From the NCBI RefSeq assembly GCF_009914755.1, contig NC_060942.1: a stretch of 64,000 nucleotides of DNA. One strand, written 5' to 3'. A program made the translations under genes and the position numbers. Positions 40,390-54,564 of this stretch are shown here, piece by piece (position 1 is the first letter of the stretch; each line of letters begins with the position of its first letter). This DNA is from the human T2T-CHM13v2.0 reference genome, Homo sapiens. The notes below the pieces were generated by a model. It was given only the letters and a program-made list of their open reading frames with translations, made no database searches and was not told the DNA's origin.

Positions 40390-41010
40390 TATTTATTTGT
40401 GTTCATCCACTTTTTTTATTTTCTGAAATTAAAAAATATGGAAATATAAAGAGAATAATACAACAGAGGCTGGTGTGTCCACCACCCAGAAGTGACAGTT
40501 ATTAATATTGTGTCAAATCTCCAGCATTGTGTTGAGTAAGAGAAATGGAGTTGTTTGAGTGGAATTTACTTCCCCTTTTTTTCTCTCCCCACTTCCTGTC
40601 TTGCCAATCCCTCCTGTGTCCCATGACCAGGCTACCATCATCATGGATTTGGTGTATATACTTTTAATATACTTTTACAATGAACTGTGTGCCTATGAAC
40701 AAATACTAGCAGTGTTTGTGTGTATGTTTAAATGAATGTAAATGGTGTCATATTGAACGTATTGCTCTGCAAGTTTGTTTTTGTTTATTTATTTTGTATT
40801 GAATTGTGTGTTGGTGGAATAGTGTTCTTTTTACCTGCAATGTGGCATTCTGTCACATGAAAACTGCACATTTTTTTTCTACAATAATACTGTTGCAGTA
40901 AACATCTTCTACATGACTCCTTGCACACATGTATGAGAGTTTAAGAGGAATTATGCTATGCTAGGGAATGCATAGTTTTAGATTTATGGTTATATCAATT
41001 TATATTACTC
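40390..41010 (-). mobile_element. Old L1M fragments
   Basis: Reverse-strand L1ME-type text: TGAATGTAAATGGTGTCATATTG, TTGCAGTAAACATCTTCTACATGACTCCTTGCACACATGTATGAGAGTTT. Confidence 0.6.
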
Positions 41011-41389
41011 ATAATGGTTGATTTTAATTAGATAATTTCTTTTAAAAACACATTGAGTGTGGAATGGATTATATTTGTGCTTCTATATACACCTCTGTTT
41101 ACAAAGCGTACTGCACCAAAGCAGCCTACTTTAATCAGAGATACAAACATATCATGGTTTTGGTGCGCTGGCTTTCGTATCAGAAATATAAACCCACTTT
41201 CATTTACTAATGTTTACAAGAAGAAGAATTTTAAATTGTTGATCTTGGAGAAGGAGGATAAATGAGAGAATAATTCTTGAATAGTAGACTTGTGTCTGAG
41301 CTATGGATAGAATCTGTTCATTAGACTTTGGTTATTGTAAAAATGTGTATACCACAGACCAACCTTCTTTTTTAACTCTGGGCCTTGGC

Positions 41390-41392
<3 letters not shown>

Positions 41393-41442
<50 letters not shown>
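41393..41442. repeat. (TG)n microsatellite, about 25 units
   Basis: Uninterrupted TG run. Confidence 0.98.
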
Positions 41443-41445
<3 letters not shown>

Positions 41446-42339
41446 ATAATTTGCCAGCCTCATCCTTATTGAATATCCATGTATCCAATACACACACATA
41501 CTACACAAGTGTATCATTCACTGATAGTGAAGGTCGGAGAATGGCTTGGGCATCTCAACAAAACCATCTAGATAGCTTAGTTCTAATGGGCACAATACAT
41601 GCAAATAGTAGTTATGGGGCCACCTTTATGCTTTTCTGAGTTTGGTGCTTTGTGAATGTTGTCTTCTGATACACCTATCATCATGTGAGTTCCACTACTG
41701 AAATCCCTCCTATGCATTAGAACTTTCATAATCACAGAAGGAGCAAGATAATAAAGTGTTATCTTCTTTCCATCTGAGTATAAATTCACTTGTCATTTCT
41801 CTGTAAAGAAGATATTAATAGTTTCTATAAAATAGGACATGGGGTAATTTTCTGAGCTGGGCAGTGGGCAGGGGAGGGCAGGTGGGAGGTAGTTCCAGAG
41901 CTGGGTATCTGGAGTTGGATAGGCATGGGCATTGCAGGAGGCACTGAGCTTGAGAAACCCAGGCTGAGGATGAGTATTGCTTGTGGCTTGCAGCAGAGGG
42001 GTAGTGCTCAGAGGCAAAGAAGGGGCACACCTAAAGGGCTTTCCCTTAAAGGGATGAGTGTAGACCACTGCTCCAGGCAACATGGCTGGACAAGCCCTGA
42101 ATTCATTCTCCTAAGTGAAAGAAAAAAAATTTCAGGCATAGTTTAGATCTCCACTACCCACTGTTCTCTGTGGTGTACACATAATTTTAAAACAATTAAA
42201 ACAGCTGGGTGGAAACTTGAATAGCAGTAGAGGGCATATAACTGGTGAGATTATTTTATTTAAGTTTGCAAACCATCCATCCTGTCAGAGGGAAGTCCTT
42301 CCCAAAATCATACTCTTCCTGGCATCTGAGGCACGTTCT

Positions 42340-42508
42340 TCTCTTTCAAAGTATTTCCACATCCATTATCTCAGTTGATCCTCACAATACCCGGGTGAGG
42401 TGAGTTGGAAAGATATTGAGGCCCCATTTGCCAGAGGTTAAATGGCTTTACTGAGGTTTTATATTTTAGCAGCAGGGCCAGTCTAGAGTCTGGTCCTCTG
42501 GATGCCAG
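42340..42508 (-). mobile_element. MIR SINE
   Basis: TTTCCACATCCATTATCTCAGTTGATCCTCACAATACC...CCCCATTT...AGAGGTTAAATGGCTT. Confidence 0.7.
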
Positions 42509-42510
42509 TG

Positions 42511-42577
42511 TCACACACACACACACCCCCATGCACCTGCATGCGCGCACACGTGCGCACACACGCACACACACGCA
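42511..42577. repeat. Imperfect CA/CG alternating tract
   Basis: (CA)n...TGCATGCGCGCACACGTGCGCACACACGCACACACACGCA. Confidence 0.85.
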
Positions 42578-43539
42578 AAATTTGGATTTTATAGCATTTT
42601 TTCACAAGGCTACTCTTCAACTTAATTGCAAATCCTTGAGGCCAAGGACTGTGTTTTACACCTCTATGAATCCTCCATTAAAAAAATAGTTACTTGTCAA
42701 GTTGAGTCTATTCCTTCCTTTCCAGGGTTGCCAAGACTCTTGTGCATTTCCAGAAACCCCTTCTATTAGAGGTGGAGGACTTTTTAGGATCAAACAAATT
42801 TATAAGGCAAAGCCTCATAATTGCCACTCATCAGCCTAGTTCAGACTTCCAAAATTGGCCTGCTTACTGTGTGTCGATACAAATGTGAAAGGATTAGCTG
42901 CCACTTTCCCAAACACCTATCACATGCCAGTCACTGCTGGAACGGCTGCCCCTAGAAGGTCATTTGGCCCTCACCACAGTCCTACATGGAGGTGTTGCTA
43001 TCCCAGTGACATGAGCAGGCTTCAAGGACCTGCTGTCAGCTTTCCTGGCCTCCCTGCCTCTTCTCTTCTGCACCAGCCTCCCGGGTCCTTTCACCTGTTC
43101 ATCAAACCATCCTGCTTCCCTATACCCCTGCCTTCTTCACTTTTGCTGCACATGCCCCACTTGCCAGTGTCTATCCTTGGTACCCAGAAATTAGCATGAA
43201 ATTAGAAAGGAGCAAAGCCAAAAGGCAGCCATCTAACCAGTGGCCAAACAAACCGGTAGCCAAAACCAGTGGTTGGAGAAACAGACCAAACTCAAGAACT
43301 ACTGGGAGACCAAGGCAGGGCAGGATAGAACAATGCTCTGAATACCCAGAGAAGGCAAAGCCAGGGCCACTGCATGGAGGAGGCGGAGGCCTGGAGATGG
43401 GCTCTGAGGATGGGAAGAGTTCAGACAAAAAGAAAAGGAAGAGCAGAAGGCTCCCAGGCTGCTAGCCTGCCTCTCCTCATTTTCCTTTTTCTGCTTCCAA
43501 CCTTGAAACCTTCCAGACCTGTCTGGGCCTGGAGGCAAG

Positions 43540-44240
43540 AGGCGGAACCTCTGGCAATCCTTGGGTGCCTTCTCTTCTGCGTGTAGTCGTCTTTGTCCTC
43601 AGCCGCCAGAGATGAGAAATTTAGCGGCAGGCCACTCTTTCTGTTTTCCTGTTCTTTCCCTTTTCTTTCAAAAGCCAGAAAGAGAAGGAAGATGGGGGTG
43701 GGAGGGGGCACAGGGGCTTCCTGCAAAGCCAAGGCTGACTGGCCTCGGGAAGGATAAATGACTCCGGTCTCCGCGCCGCTGGTGTTGCACAACTTGTCTG
43801 TGCTGGCTTGAGACCCCGGTGATCCCCTTCTAATTGAAATCACTTTCCCCTGACCTCCCCCGTAAGCCTGGGAGCTTGTTGCTCTCTGCGCCAACACTCG
43901 GGCTGCGGAGGTCGGGGGAAATCCTGGCTGGGCACCAGAGCTGCACGCACGCCGCATCCATCTTCCGGCCGCCCGCGCTCTTGGCCGCGCCAGGTGCCCA
44001 GCCAGGGTGGGCGTCGGGGCAGCCCCCTGGAAGGCGGCCCTGCTGGATCACCGGCTGCTTGGAAGCTCGCAGCGGGGCTGACACTGCCCCCTAAGGGGCA
44101 TTTTGGACATTTCGTGGGGGGGCTTGTTGATTGGCACTACAAATGGGGGTGCTACTGCGCGTTGGGTGGGGATAAGCCTGGGATCGGGGACATCCTGCCC
44201 CGTGCAGGACAAGCCCTCATTTGCCCAGCACGACCAGCAG
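43540..44240. promoter_or_regulatory. CpG-island-like segment with no credible ORF
   Basis: About 30 CpGs (hand count) in 43740-44210; ETS/YY1-like CCATCTTCCGG at 43958-43968; CTCF-like site at 44082-44100. Confidence 0.72.
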
Positions 44241-44477
44241 GCCTGCAGAGATGAACAGCCTGCTTACAATTATCTGAGCTGAGACTCTGTTTCACATATA
44301 AATCGAAGTATTTTTGCACCGTTATAATATACTCTGGTGTTTCCAAGAAGGCAACTACCACGTAAATCAAAGGAGACAGGGCTCTTTTTCCAGTTCATCT
44401 CATTAAGACATGTTTACCATTTAGGCACATTATAATACTTGAGCAATGGCAATATAACACATCTCTCTGTGTCTGTT

Positions 44478-44482
44478 ATCTA

Positions 44483-44528
<46 letters not shown>
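44478..44528. repeat. Compound (TCTG)n(TCTA)n tetranucleotide STR
   Basis: About 7 TCTG units followed by about 4 TCTA units. Confidence 0.95.
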
Positions 44529-44539
44529 GATGGATCCAT

Positions 44540-45043
44540 TGTATGGGAGAAAAAGTATTAACGTTTCCTCACAAGGTCCATGGCTGACACCTCATACAAA
44601 ATTGCATTAACAAGAGAAAAGCATAATAAATTTATTTAACCAAAGTTTTACATGGCACAGGAGCATTCAGAAATGAAGACCCAAATACCCAGGGAAAACT
44701 GTATATTCTTATGCTTAGGTTTGAAGAAGAATGGACAGTCATGTAGAAATGTGATTGGACAAAAAAGGGTATAATTTAATGGTATAACTGGGAGGAACTC
44801 AGCTTATTTGTTCAGATTCTTCCTGGCTTCTCCATGCAGCATTCCTTTCCTCTAGGTATGGGCCAGACACCTGTCACATGTATGTCTTATGACCTATATT
44901 CAGGGGAGGTAGACAGAGAATTCCTTTATTGCCAACTTTCACACAAAAACGTGGGAGAAGGTCAGGGAATGACCTTGTTTCAGTGATTTTCCTCAGTTGC
45001 GAAGGTGCTATATTTTGGGGGTATCATGTTCTGAGCCCCAACA
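44540..45043 (-). mobile_element. MER34/MER39-family ERV1 solo LTR
   Basis: TG...CA termini; TTCAGAAATGAAGACCCAAA, TTGTTCAGATTCTTC and TATTTTGGGGGTATCATGTTCTGAGCCCCAACA are reverse complements of motifs in the LTR at 33956-34846. Confidence 0.85.
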
Positions 45044-45803
45044 CTGTCTGCCTATCTACACATCTATATACATATATATACACACACCTAGACATATGTG
45101 GATAAATATACTTACATATACACATGCTACACACACCTGTGTGTATCTTAAATACAAACTTATTTATTCTGAGTAGGTATGAGACTCACTGTCTTCTAGT
45201 GAAAATATGCTTGAATTTACATAGAGAAATGCACACTATTTTATTATAAATTGCTTTCGTTTTATTTCTGTTTATAATTATACTAAGAAATTGTGATGAT
45301 TTTTTGAAAGGGGTTTGAGGTCTTTTAGAGTTGAGAACCATTGTTTTTGCCTTTCTGGGTCTCAGTGTCTGCAAAAGACCCGAAGTGGGAACAATAAGAT
45401 GTTAAAAAACAGCAAAAATGTCACACAAAATTATATCCATATAACTCATAGCCCAAGATGCAGCTGCAGTGAGAAACTTTGCTGATCACAGTCCCTAGGG
45501 GGCCCCAGGTCCCAATGTGGAGGGATATAGAGCCCGGGAGGTAGAAGACCCCTTGGGTAGAGGTTGGGGGTGCATAACTGTGAGCCCAGGTTGGAAGACC
45601 AAAGGCCGTGTGCAGTTTTCCAAGTGTGTTATATGCAATGAATGGAGGTTTATATGAATGGAGATGATATATATTGCATAGAAATTGTATATATCCAGGT
45701 GAGTTATATGCAATGAATGGAGACTTTTTCCTCTTTTAAATGACCAGAGAGAGAGAGAGAGAAAACCTTCCCTAAGCACTTAGTGACCACACTTAGTGAC
45801 CAC

Positions 45804-45965
45804 CTGCTATGCACCAAAACTCTGTCACCTGCTCGGCAAACCATATCTTTCTTAATTCTTGCTCCTACCCAGTGAGGTAGGTATATTATGGTTAACATAG
45901 ATGAAGCAGCTGGGGCTCATTCAGTAAACAAAATTTGAACTGAATCTATTTGACTACAAAGTCAG
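45804..45965 (-). mobile_element. MIR fragment
   Basis: TTAATTCTTGCTCCTACCCAGTGAGGTAGGTATATTAT...ATAGATGAAGCAGCTGGGGCTCA...ATTTGAAC. Confidence 0.6.
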
Positions 45966-46149
45966 TAGGACATACTGGCCCTAAAAAATTGCCAGTGGGC
46001 TTGTTTTTATTTTTACAGATTGCTGATTTAATTAAGGTCTTCTGTCTTAGTCAGCAAGTTTAGTCTGTGATACTTGTCTGAGCCTAACTCCTTTGATGGT
46101 AAAGGCAACACAAATGGAAATTTAAACATAGAATTCAACCAATATAAAA

Positions 46150-46648
46150 ATATTTATATATTTTTGAAAGAAATAAAACAGTATCTGTACAAGTCAAAAA
46201 CATACCACATTCTTGGATGGGGGAACTTATAATATTTCAATTTCCCCCAAAATTACTTTATAAATATAATGAAATTATAATTGGAATTCAAATGGATTTT
46301 TACGGTATTAAATTACCTAAAAATTGATGTAAATGTCTGAGAAAGGCCAAGAAAAACTTTTAAAGAATAGTTGGGGAGGGTAGCTTGATTTCTTACTAAA
46401 TATAAAAATATAACATATAAGGCATGGGACTGACATAGGAATAGAAAGGAAAACCCAGAAAGACCTCAGTGGACAAAGGTGGTCTGTTTAATAAATGGTA
46501 TTAATAATCCATTTAGTAGAAAATAAAGTTGAATTCCCTGCCTCATATCAAATTTTTAAAAATCCATCTGGAGTAAGTGTTTAAATGTAAAGTAAATAAA
46601 ACCATCATCTTATTATAAGAAAATCACTTACACACATACACACATATG

Positions 46649-46684
<36 letters not shown>

Positions 46685-47700
46685 CTCCAAAGGGTCATGG
46701 TTGAGGGAAAGAAATGGTTTTTGCCAAGTCAGAAAACTTAGAATGTATAAAGAAAATGATAGGCATATTCAATTATGTAAAAGTTAATATAATATTAGAA
46801 TGGTGAAGGATGCAATAAACAAAGGCAAATAATAGCTTGAGGAACAGTTTCAATGCAGACGATTGATAAAATGTTAATATCTGAGATATACAAAAAGATT
46901 CTAACAAATTAAAATGGCAAACAATAAACAGGAAGATGGGCAAAGGATATGAACAAAGAGTTTAGAGAAGATCAAACTCAAATGTCAATACATATATGAA
47001 AATATGTTTAGCTTCTCTAGTAGTCAGATAAACACAAATGGAAGTAACAATGAGACATCATTTCCACCACAAAGTTGGTAAGTTAAAAAGAGTGATAATC
47101 CCTCCCACTGACAGAAATGTTGGGGAAAAGGTTTCTCTTATATATGATTAGGGGAAATGTCAGTCATTATATGTTTTTAGAAAGCAACTGCTCAATGATT
47201 ATGGTAAATGTGGGTTACACAGACCCTTCAACCTAGCAATCTCACTCCTAGGAATTTGTTCTTTAAAAACAAAATTCCAGTAAGAAAGTATCTGTTCAAA
47301 GTCAAGGATGTTCACATCAGCATTGTTTAAAACTGCACAAATTTGGAAACAAAATAAATCCCGTTGGCAGAGGAATAATTGAATAAATTATAGGACAATT
47401 ATTCCATGGAATATTGCACAGCTCTTAAAAACACTGTATTAGATATAACTTCCTGTTAACTTTGAGGGGTATTATGATATATTTTTAAGTGAGAAAAGCC
47501 AAATGCAGAGAAATGTATACGTATATGACCTGTTTTATTGTGATGACCTTCCATAAATTACATACATATGTTTATGTATGTAAATGACTATATTAGCATA
47601 CAAATATTATGGAAAGTTTCAAAACAAGTGATGCCAGCAAACATGAGAGAGGAATGATGGGGGTGAGGTATGGTGTGTGTGTGTTCAGGGAATCAGAGAG
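46150..47700 (+). mobile_element. Very old L1M fragments
   Basis: Degenerate ORF2 end: GATGGGCAAAGGATATGAACA, AACAATGAGACATCATTT, CCCTTCAACCTAGCAATCTCACTCCTAGGAATTT. Confidence 0.75.
46649..46684. repeat. (AGAT)9 tetranucleotide STR
   Basis: Perfect AGAT run. Confidence 0.97.
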
Positions 47701-48061
47701 GTTAAAAAAGATAAAATCAATATGAATTTATGTAAAACTATATGTATATAACTATACATGGAGAGAGAAATTTGAAAGAATATTCACTAAATATTAATGA
47801 TGTATTCACGGATTGAATATTGGTCTCTACCAGTTATCCTCAAATTAATTTATAGATTCAATACAATCCTAGTAAAAATCTCAGCAGGTTTTTATGTGCA
47901 TCCAAATGTATACATGCATATGTGTACATTGACAAGCTAATTATAAAATGTATTAAAAATGCAAAGGGCAAAGAATGGCTAAGACATTCTTGAAAAAGAA
48001 AAACAAGATGCATAGAGGAGGGCAGGAGGGTATCTTACACTATCAAATATCAAGACTTTAA

Positions 48062-48343
<282 letters not shown>

Positions 48344-49479
48344 TAAGACTTATGAAGCTACAGAAACTAAGACAATACAACATTGGTGCAAAGACAGATG
48401 AATACCCCAATGCAGTTGAATCAGTGTCCAGAAACAGGCATGTGGAAACTTTATTTATGACAAAGGTGAACTGCAGAGTATTAGGGAAGGGTTTCTTTTC
48501 AATAAATGATATTAAGTCTATTGAATATCTGAATGTAGAAAAATGAAATTTGACTCCTATCTCACACCATACAGAAAAATGAATTCCAAGTGGATTTTGG
48601 CTGTCAATGTTAAAGGTAGATCAATAAAGCTTCTAGAAGATAATATAGGAGAATTTTTTTCTCAAACATGGAATAGGAAAATAATTCTTAAATCTGATAC
48701 AAAACCCACTAATCATAAAGGAAGAAATTAATACATTGGGCTACATCAAAATTATGAACCTCAGTTCATCAAAAGAAACCACTAAAAGAAGAAATTTGCA
48801 ATATGTAAAAAGTAACAAAGAATTCACACCCAGAATGCACAAAGAACTAGGAATCAGTAAGCAAAGACCAACAACCTAATAGAAAAATGACAAGAGGGCT
48901 GAACAGGAATTTTACAAAAGAGGATATACCAATGGCCAATAAACATATGAAAATGTGCTCAATTGTATTAGTAATTTTAAAATTTCATGAGATATACATC
49001 CCCTTTGAATGGCTAAAATGAAGAAGTGTAGGTAAGGATGTAGAAAGGAAGGAGTGCTCAAAAACTGCTGGTGATAATATAAATTGATGTAATCACTTTG
49101 GAAAACTAATTAAATGTTCAATGTACATATACATGATGAAGGAGCAATTCTATTGCTAGATGTTCACTTAGAGTGTGGGCACACGTGAAGTAAAAATCAT
49201 GTACAAGAATGTTCATAGAAGCAATTTGTAATAATCCCAAACCAAAAACACAAAATGCCCAACAATAGTAGAATGGATAAATAAATAATAGTATATTCCT
49301 ACAATGGCATATTTACAGGAGTGAAAATGAACAAATGACAGCTATATACCTCAACATGAATGAATCTCCATATAATGTTTAGCAAAAAAAAAAGCTAAAC
49401 ATAAAGAAATAATCTGAATTATTTCATTTATATAAAGGTGAGCAAGTAAAACTAATTTATGGTGTTAAAAGCCAGGACA

Positions 49480-49757
<278 letters not shown>

Positions 49758-49813
<56 letters not shown>
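49758..49813. repeat. (CA)28 microsatellite
   Basis: Perfect CA run directly after the Alu body. Confidence 0.98.
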
Positions 49814-49814
<1 letters not shown>

Positions 49815-50604
49815 CCAGGACAGTAATAACGACTGAGGAGGACTGGGAGAGGCACTGGGAGGTGGCAGGAGGACCTGTAGGGAGCTGCTCACATTCTCTT
49901 TCTTGTCCTGGGTGATGGATGCTTGGGTATTCATTTTTTAATAATTCTTTGGGCTGCATGTGTATGATTTGTGCAACCTTCTGTATTTGTGTTGTACTTC
50001 ACTAAACAGGGAAAAATAATTTTAATGGCATTTACTTTAGGTGATGAGATTTCAGGTACCTTTTACTTTCTTGAATGATTTACAGTACACCTGTATTGTT
50101 TAATATGATCCAGAAAATCATAAAGCAATTTATATACAAAGAGAGCCAAATATATTTCAGAAACACAAATATGTTCATTTAACTAGTTGAACTAAAGCTA
50201 GATACTCTTTCACAAAATTAGTTTTTTTAAAAAAGATCATAAATTGCCATGTGCACACTTTTCTCCCCTGCTGGGTTATTGAATCCAGTTTGGTCTTGAG
50301 AGGTCACACTCTCAAACCTCTGCTCCTGCCGTGAGTGGACTCTATAGCACCCAGGCTAAGTCACACAAGCATAGGGTCACAGGTTATGGAAAGAGCCTCA
50401 GCAGAAAACCAAGAGGACTTGGCTCAAGTGCTAGCTCTTCCAGAAGCTTCCAGCAGTGGAACATCAGGTTGGTAACATCACCGTTAGGACAGCAACACTG
50501 ATCTAACCATGTCAAAGGTTTCCCTCAAATCTGAAATTTTATGACTGTGTGTCTTAGTGATGTGGGGTAGATTTGAGATTGTTGGAGGGAAGTGCATTGG
50601 GCAA

Positions 50605-50860
50605 TGCCAACATCTATCCAACATCTACCATGTGGCAGGTGCCAGAGTGGGCACCAGGGATACACCAGTAATTTAAATACACAAACATCCCACCCACGGG
50701 AAGTTTACATTTCAGGGTGGGAGACAGGCAACAGACAGATAAATAAATGAGTATGTAACAGATTGAGAATATGTCCTGTGCTAAATTCTAGCTAAGAGGG
50801 CAGGATAAGAACCAAAAATTCCCTGTAAGACTTGGCAGCAGGAAGGTAAAACTGGGGACC
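50605..50860 (-). mobile_element. L2 fragment (probable host of the L1PA and trimeric Alu)
   Basis: CATCTACCATGTG...GGGATACACCAGT...GGAAGTTTACATT...GGGAGACAGGCAAC; L2-like text resumes after 53316. Confidence 0.55.
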
Positions 50861-50877
50861 TGGAGAAGAACAGTTTT

Positions 50878-53302
50878 GTTTTTTTTTTTAATACTTTAAG
50901 TTCTAGGGTACATGTGCACAATGTATAGGTTTGATACATAGGTATACATGTGCCATGTTGGCTTGCTGCACCCATCAACTAATCATTCACATTAGGTGTT
51001 TCTTCTAATGCTATCCCTCCCTCAGCCCCCTACCCACTGACAGGCCACAGTGTGTGATGTTCCCTGCCCCGTGTCCAAGTGATCTCATTGTTCAGTTCCC
51101 ACCTATGAGTGAGAACATGTGTTGTTTGGTTTTCTGTCCTTGTGATAGTTTGCTGAGAATGATGGTTTCCAGCTTCATCCATGTCCCTGCAAAGGACATG
51201 AACTCATCCTTTTTTATGGCTGCATAGTATTCCATAGTGTATATGTGCCACAGTTTCTTAATCCAGTCTATCATTGGTGGACATTTGGGTTGGTTCCAAG
51301 TCTTTGCTATTGTGAATAGTGCCACAATAAACATACGTGTGCATGTGTCTTTATAGTAGCATGATTTATAATCCTTTGGGTATACACCCAGTAATGGGAT
51401 TGCTGGGTCAGATGGCAATTCTAGTTCTACATCCTTGAGGAATCGCCACACTGTCTTCCACAATGGTTGAACTAATTTACACTCCCACAAACAATGTAAA
51501 AGCATTCCTATTTCTCCACATCCTCTCCAGCATCTGTTGTTTCCTGACTTTTTAATGATTGCCATTCTAACTGGCATGAGGTGGTGTCTCATTGTGATTT
51601 TGATTTGCATTTCTCCAATGGCCAGAGATGATGAGTATTTTTTCATGTGTCTGTTGGCTGCATAGAAGTCTTCTTTTGAGAAATGTCTGTTCATATCCTT
51701 TGCCAGCTTTTTGATGGGTTTGTTTTTTTCTTGTAAATTTAAGTTCTTTGTAGATTCTAGATATTAGCCCTTTGTCAGATGGGTAGATTGCAAAAATTTT
51801 CTCCCATTTTGTAGGTTGTCTGTTCACTCTGATGGTAGTTTCTTTTGCCGTGCAGAAGCTCTTTAGTTTAATTAGATCCCATTTGTCTATTTCAGCTTTT
51901 GTTTCCATTGCTTTTAGTGTTTTAGTCATGAAGTCCTTGCCCATGCCTATGTCCTGAATGGTATTGCCTAGGTTTTCTTCTAGAGTTTTTATGGTTTTAG
52001 GTCTAACATTTAAGTCTTTAATCCAGCTTGAATTAATTCTTGTATAGGTGTAAGGAAGCGATCCAGTTTCAGCTTTCTACATATGGCTAGCCAGTTTTCC
52101 CAGCACAATTTATTAAATAAGGAATGCTTTCCCCATATCTTGTTTTTGTCAGGTTTGTCAAAGATTGGCTGGTTGTAGATGTGTGGTGTTATTTCTGAGG
52201 CCTCTGTTCTGTTCCATTGGTCTATCTCTCTGTTTTGGTACCAGTACCGTGTTGTTTTGGTTGCTGTAGCCTTGTAGTATCGTTTGAAGTCAGGTAGAGT
52301 GATGCCTCCAGCTTTGTTCTTTTTGCTTAGGATTATCTTGGCAGTGCGGGCTCTTTTTTGGTTCCATACGAACTTTAAAGTAGTTTTTTCCAATTCTGTG
52401 AAGAAAGTCATTGGTAGCTTGATGGGGATGGCGTTGAATCTATAAATTACTTTGGGCAACACGGCCATTTTCACGATATTGATTCTTCCTATCCATGAGC
52501 ATGGAATATACTTCCATTTGTTTGTGTCCTCTTTTATTTCCTTGAGCAGCGGTTTGTAGTTCTCCTTGAAGAGGTCCTTCACATCCCTTGTAAGTTGGAT
52601 TCCTAGGTATTTTATTCTCTTTGTAACAATTGTGAATGTGAGTTCACTCATAATTTGGCTCTCTGTTTGTCCGTTAATGGTGTATAGGAATGCTTGTGAT
52701 TTTTGCACATTTATTTTGTATCCTGAGACTTTGCTGAAGTTGCTTATCAGCTTAAGGAGATTTTGGGCTGAGACAATGGGGTTTTCTAAATATACAATCA
52801 TGTCATCTGCAAACAGGGACAATTTGACTTCCTCTTTTCCTACTTGAATACCCTTTATTTCTTTCTCTTGCCTGATTGCCCTGGCCAGAACTTTCGTCAC
52901 TATGTTGAATAGGAGTGGTGAGAGAGGGCATCCCTGTCTTGCCAGTTTTCAACGGGAATGTTTCCAGTTTTTGCCCATTCAGTATGATACTGGCTGTGGG
53001 TTTGTCATAAACAGCTCTTATTATTTTGAGATACGTTCCGTCAATACCTAGTTTATTGAGAGTTTTTAGCGTGAAGGGCTGTTGAATTTTGTCAAAGTTC
53101 TTTTCTGTATCTATTGAGATAATCATGTGGTTTTTGTCATTGGTTCTGCTTATGTGATGGATTACATTTATTGATTTGCTTATGTTGAACCAGCCTTGCA
53201 TCCCAGGGTTGAAGCCGACTTGATCGTGGTGGATAAGCTTTTTGATGTGCTGCTGGATTCGGTTTGCTAGTATTTTATTGAGGATTTTTGCATCGATGTT
53301 CA
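50878..53302 (-). mobile_element. L1PA (L1PA6-like), 5'-truncated, about 2.4 kb
   Basis: Poly-T plus ATACTTTAAGTTCTAGGGTACATGTGCACA; continuous ORF2; TSD AAGAACAGTTTT (50866-50877) / AAGAGCAATTTT (53305-53316) with a TT/AAAA endonuclease site. Confidence 0.97.
51092..53302 (-). pseudogene. Frameshifted L1 ORF2p remnant (reverse transcriptase and C-terminal Cys-rich region)
   Basis: Four ORF pieces: [37 protein letters not shown] (RT catalytic motif), [25 protein letters not shown] and [19 protein letters not shown]. No endonuclease domain. Confidence 0.95.
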
Positions 53303-53482
53303 ACAAGAGCAATTTTAAGGCAATGTGAGGACAGAAGCCAACTGGGGTGCACGGTGGAAAACACAGGGGGTAATGAAGTGGCCATGGTCCACATAGACAG
53401 TTCAGAAGCTTTTCTGGAAAGAAAACAGAAATATCAGGTGGAGGCTGGAGAAGAAGGCAACATTAAGAAAACAGTGTTTTCT

Positions 53483-53954
<472 letters not shown>

Positions 53955-54430
53955 TCAGACTGAAGATTAGGTGGAGGAAGGATGAGGGAATTCCCATCAC
54001 CTGCTTCGCTTTTCGCCTTCACGTATTAGATGAGTTCAACAGCTGAGAAGGGATATGGGATATTTGAGATATAAATATATGGGCTATATGGGATATAAAG
54101 GAGAAGGTAAGTGTACTTAAAGAGAAATAGAATTGCTGGGCAGTGTTGGGTTGAAGTTTGTAATCATAAAATCTCAGTAAATACTGTAATGAACTTGGAG
54201 GCCAGCAATTTCTTTCCTGAGAAACGGAGATAGTAAGACCCAGGCCCTCCTCATACCCTATGACTCTGTGAGTAACCCCTCAATCCTTTCTGGAAAATGC
54301 TTTAAAACCCATGATCTTATTATCCATGGTGTCAATAAGTCTTGCAGCTAAGAAGAAGCTTGGGGAACTATAAGATCTAATACAACTGGTCAAAATATCA
54401 GCACAATCTCAAATGAGTTGTGTGGGGTTT

Positions 54431-54490
54431 ATCCACCCACCCACCCATCCACCTACCCACCCATCCACCTATCCCTCCATCCCATTCCAT
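54431..54490. repeat. (CCAC/CCAT)n low-complexity repeat
   Basis: ATCCACCCACCCACCCATCCACCTACCCACCCATCC... Confidence 0.8.
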
Positions 54491-54564
54491 TTAATGGACT
54501 CTTCTAAATCATGTACTGGATGTTAAAATAACAGCATTCTCATTCTTCGATGATTAGTTATTTG

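Noticed and set aside
43421-44094. Overlapping ORFs of 84-178 aa in CpG island 2
   Set aside because: Stop-poor frames on both strands are expected in GC-rich DNA; no recognisable homology.
45619-45722. CRISPR-like repeat-spacer unit (29-nt repeat, 46-nt spacer)
   Set aside because: Only two copies, the spacer derives from the repeat itself, there are no cas genes, and the context is eukaryotic.
50878-53302. Active retrotransposon or domesticated reverse transcriptase
   Set aside because: 5'-truncated, lacks promoter, ORF1 and endonuclease, and ORF2 is broken by several frameshifts and stops.
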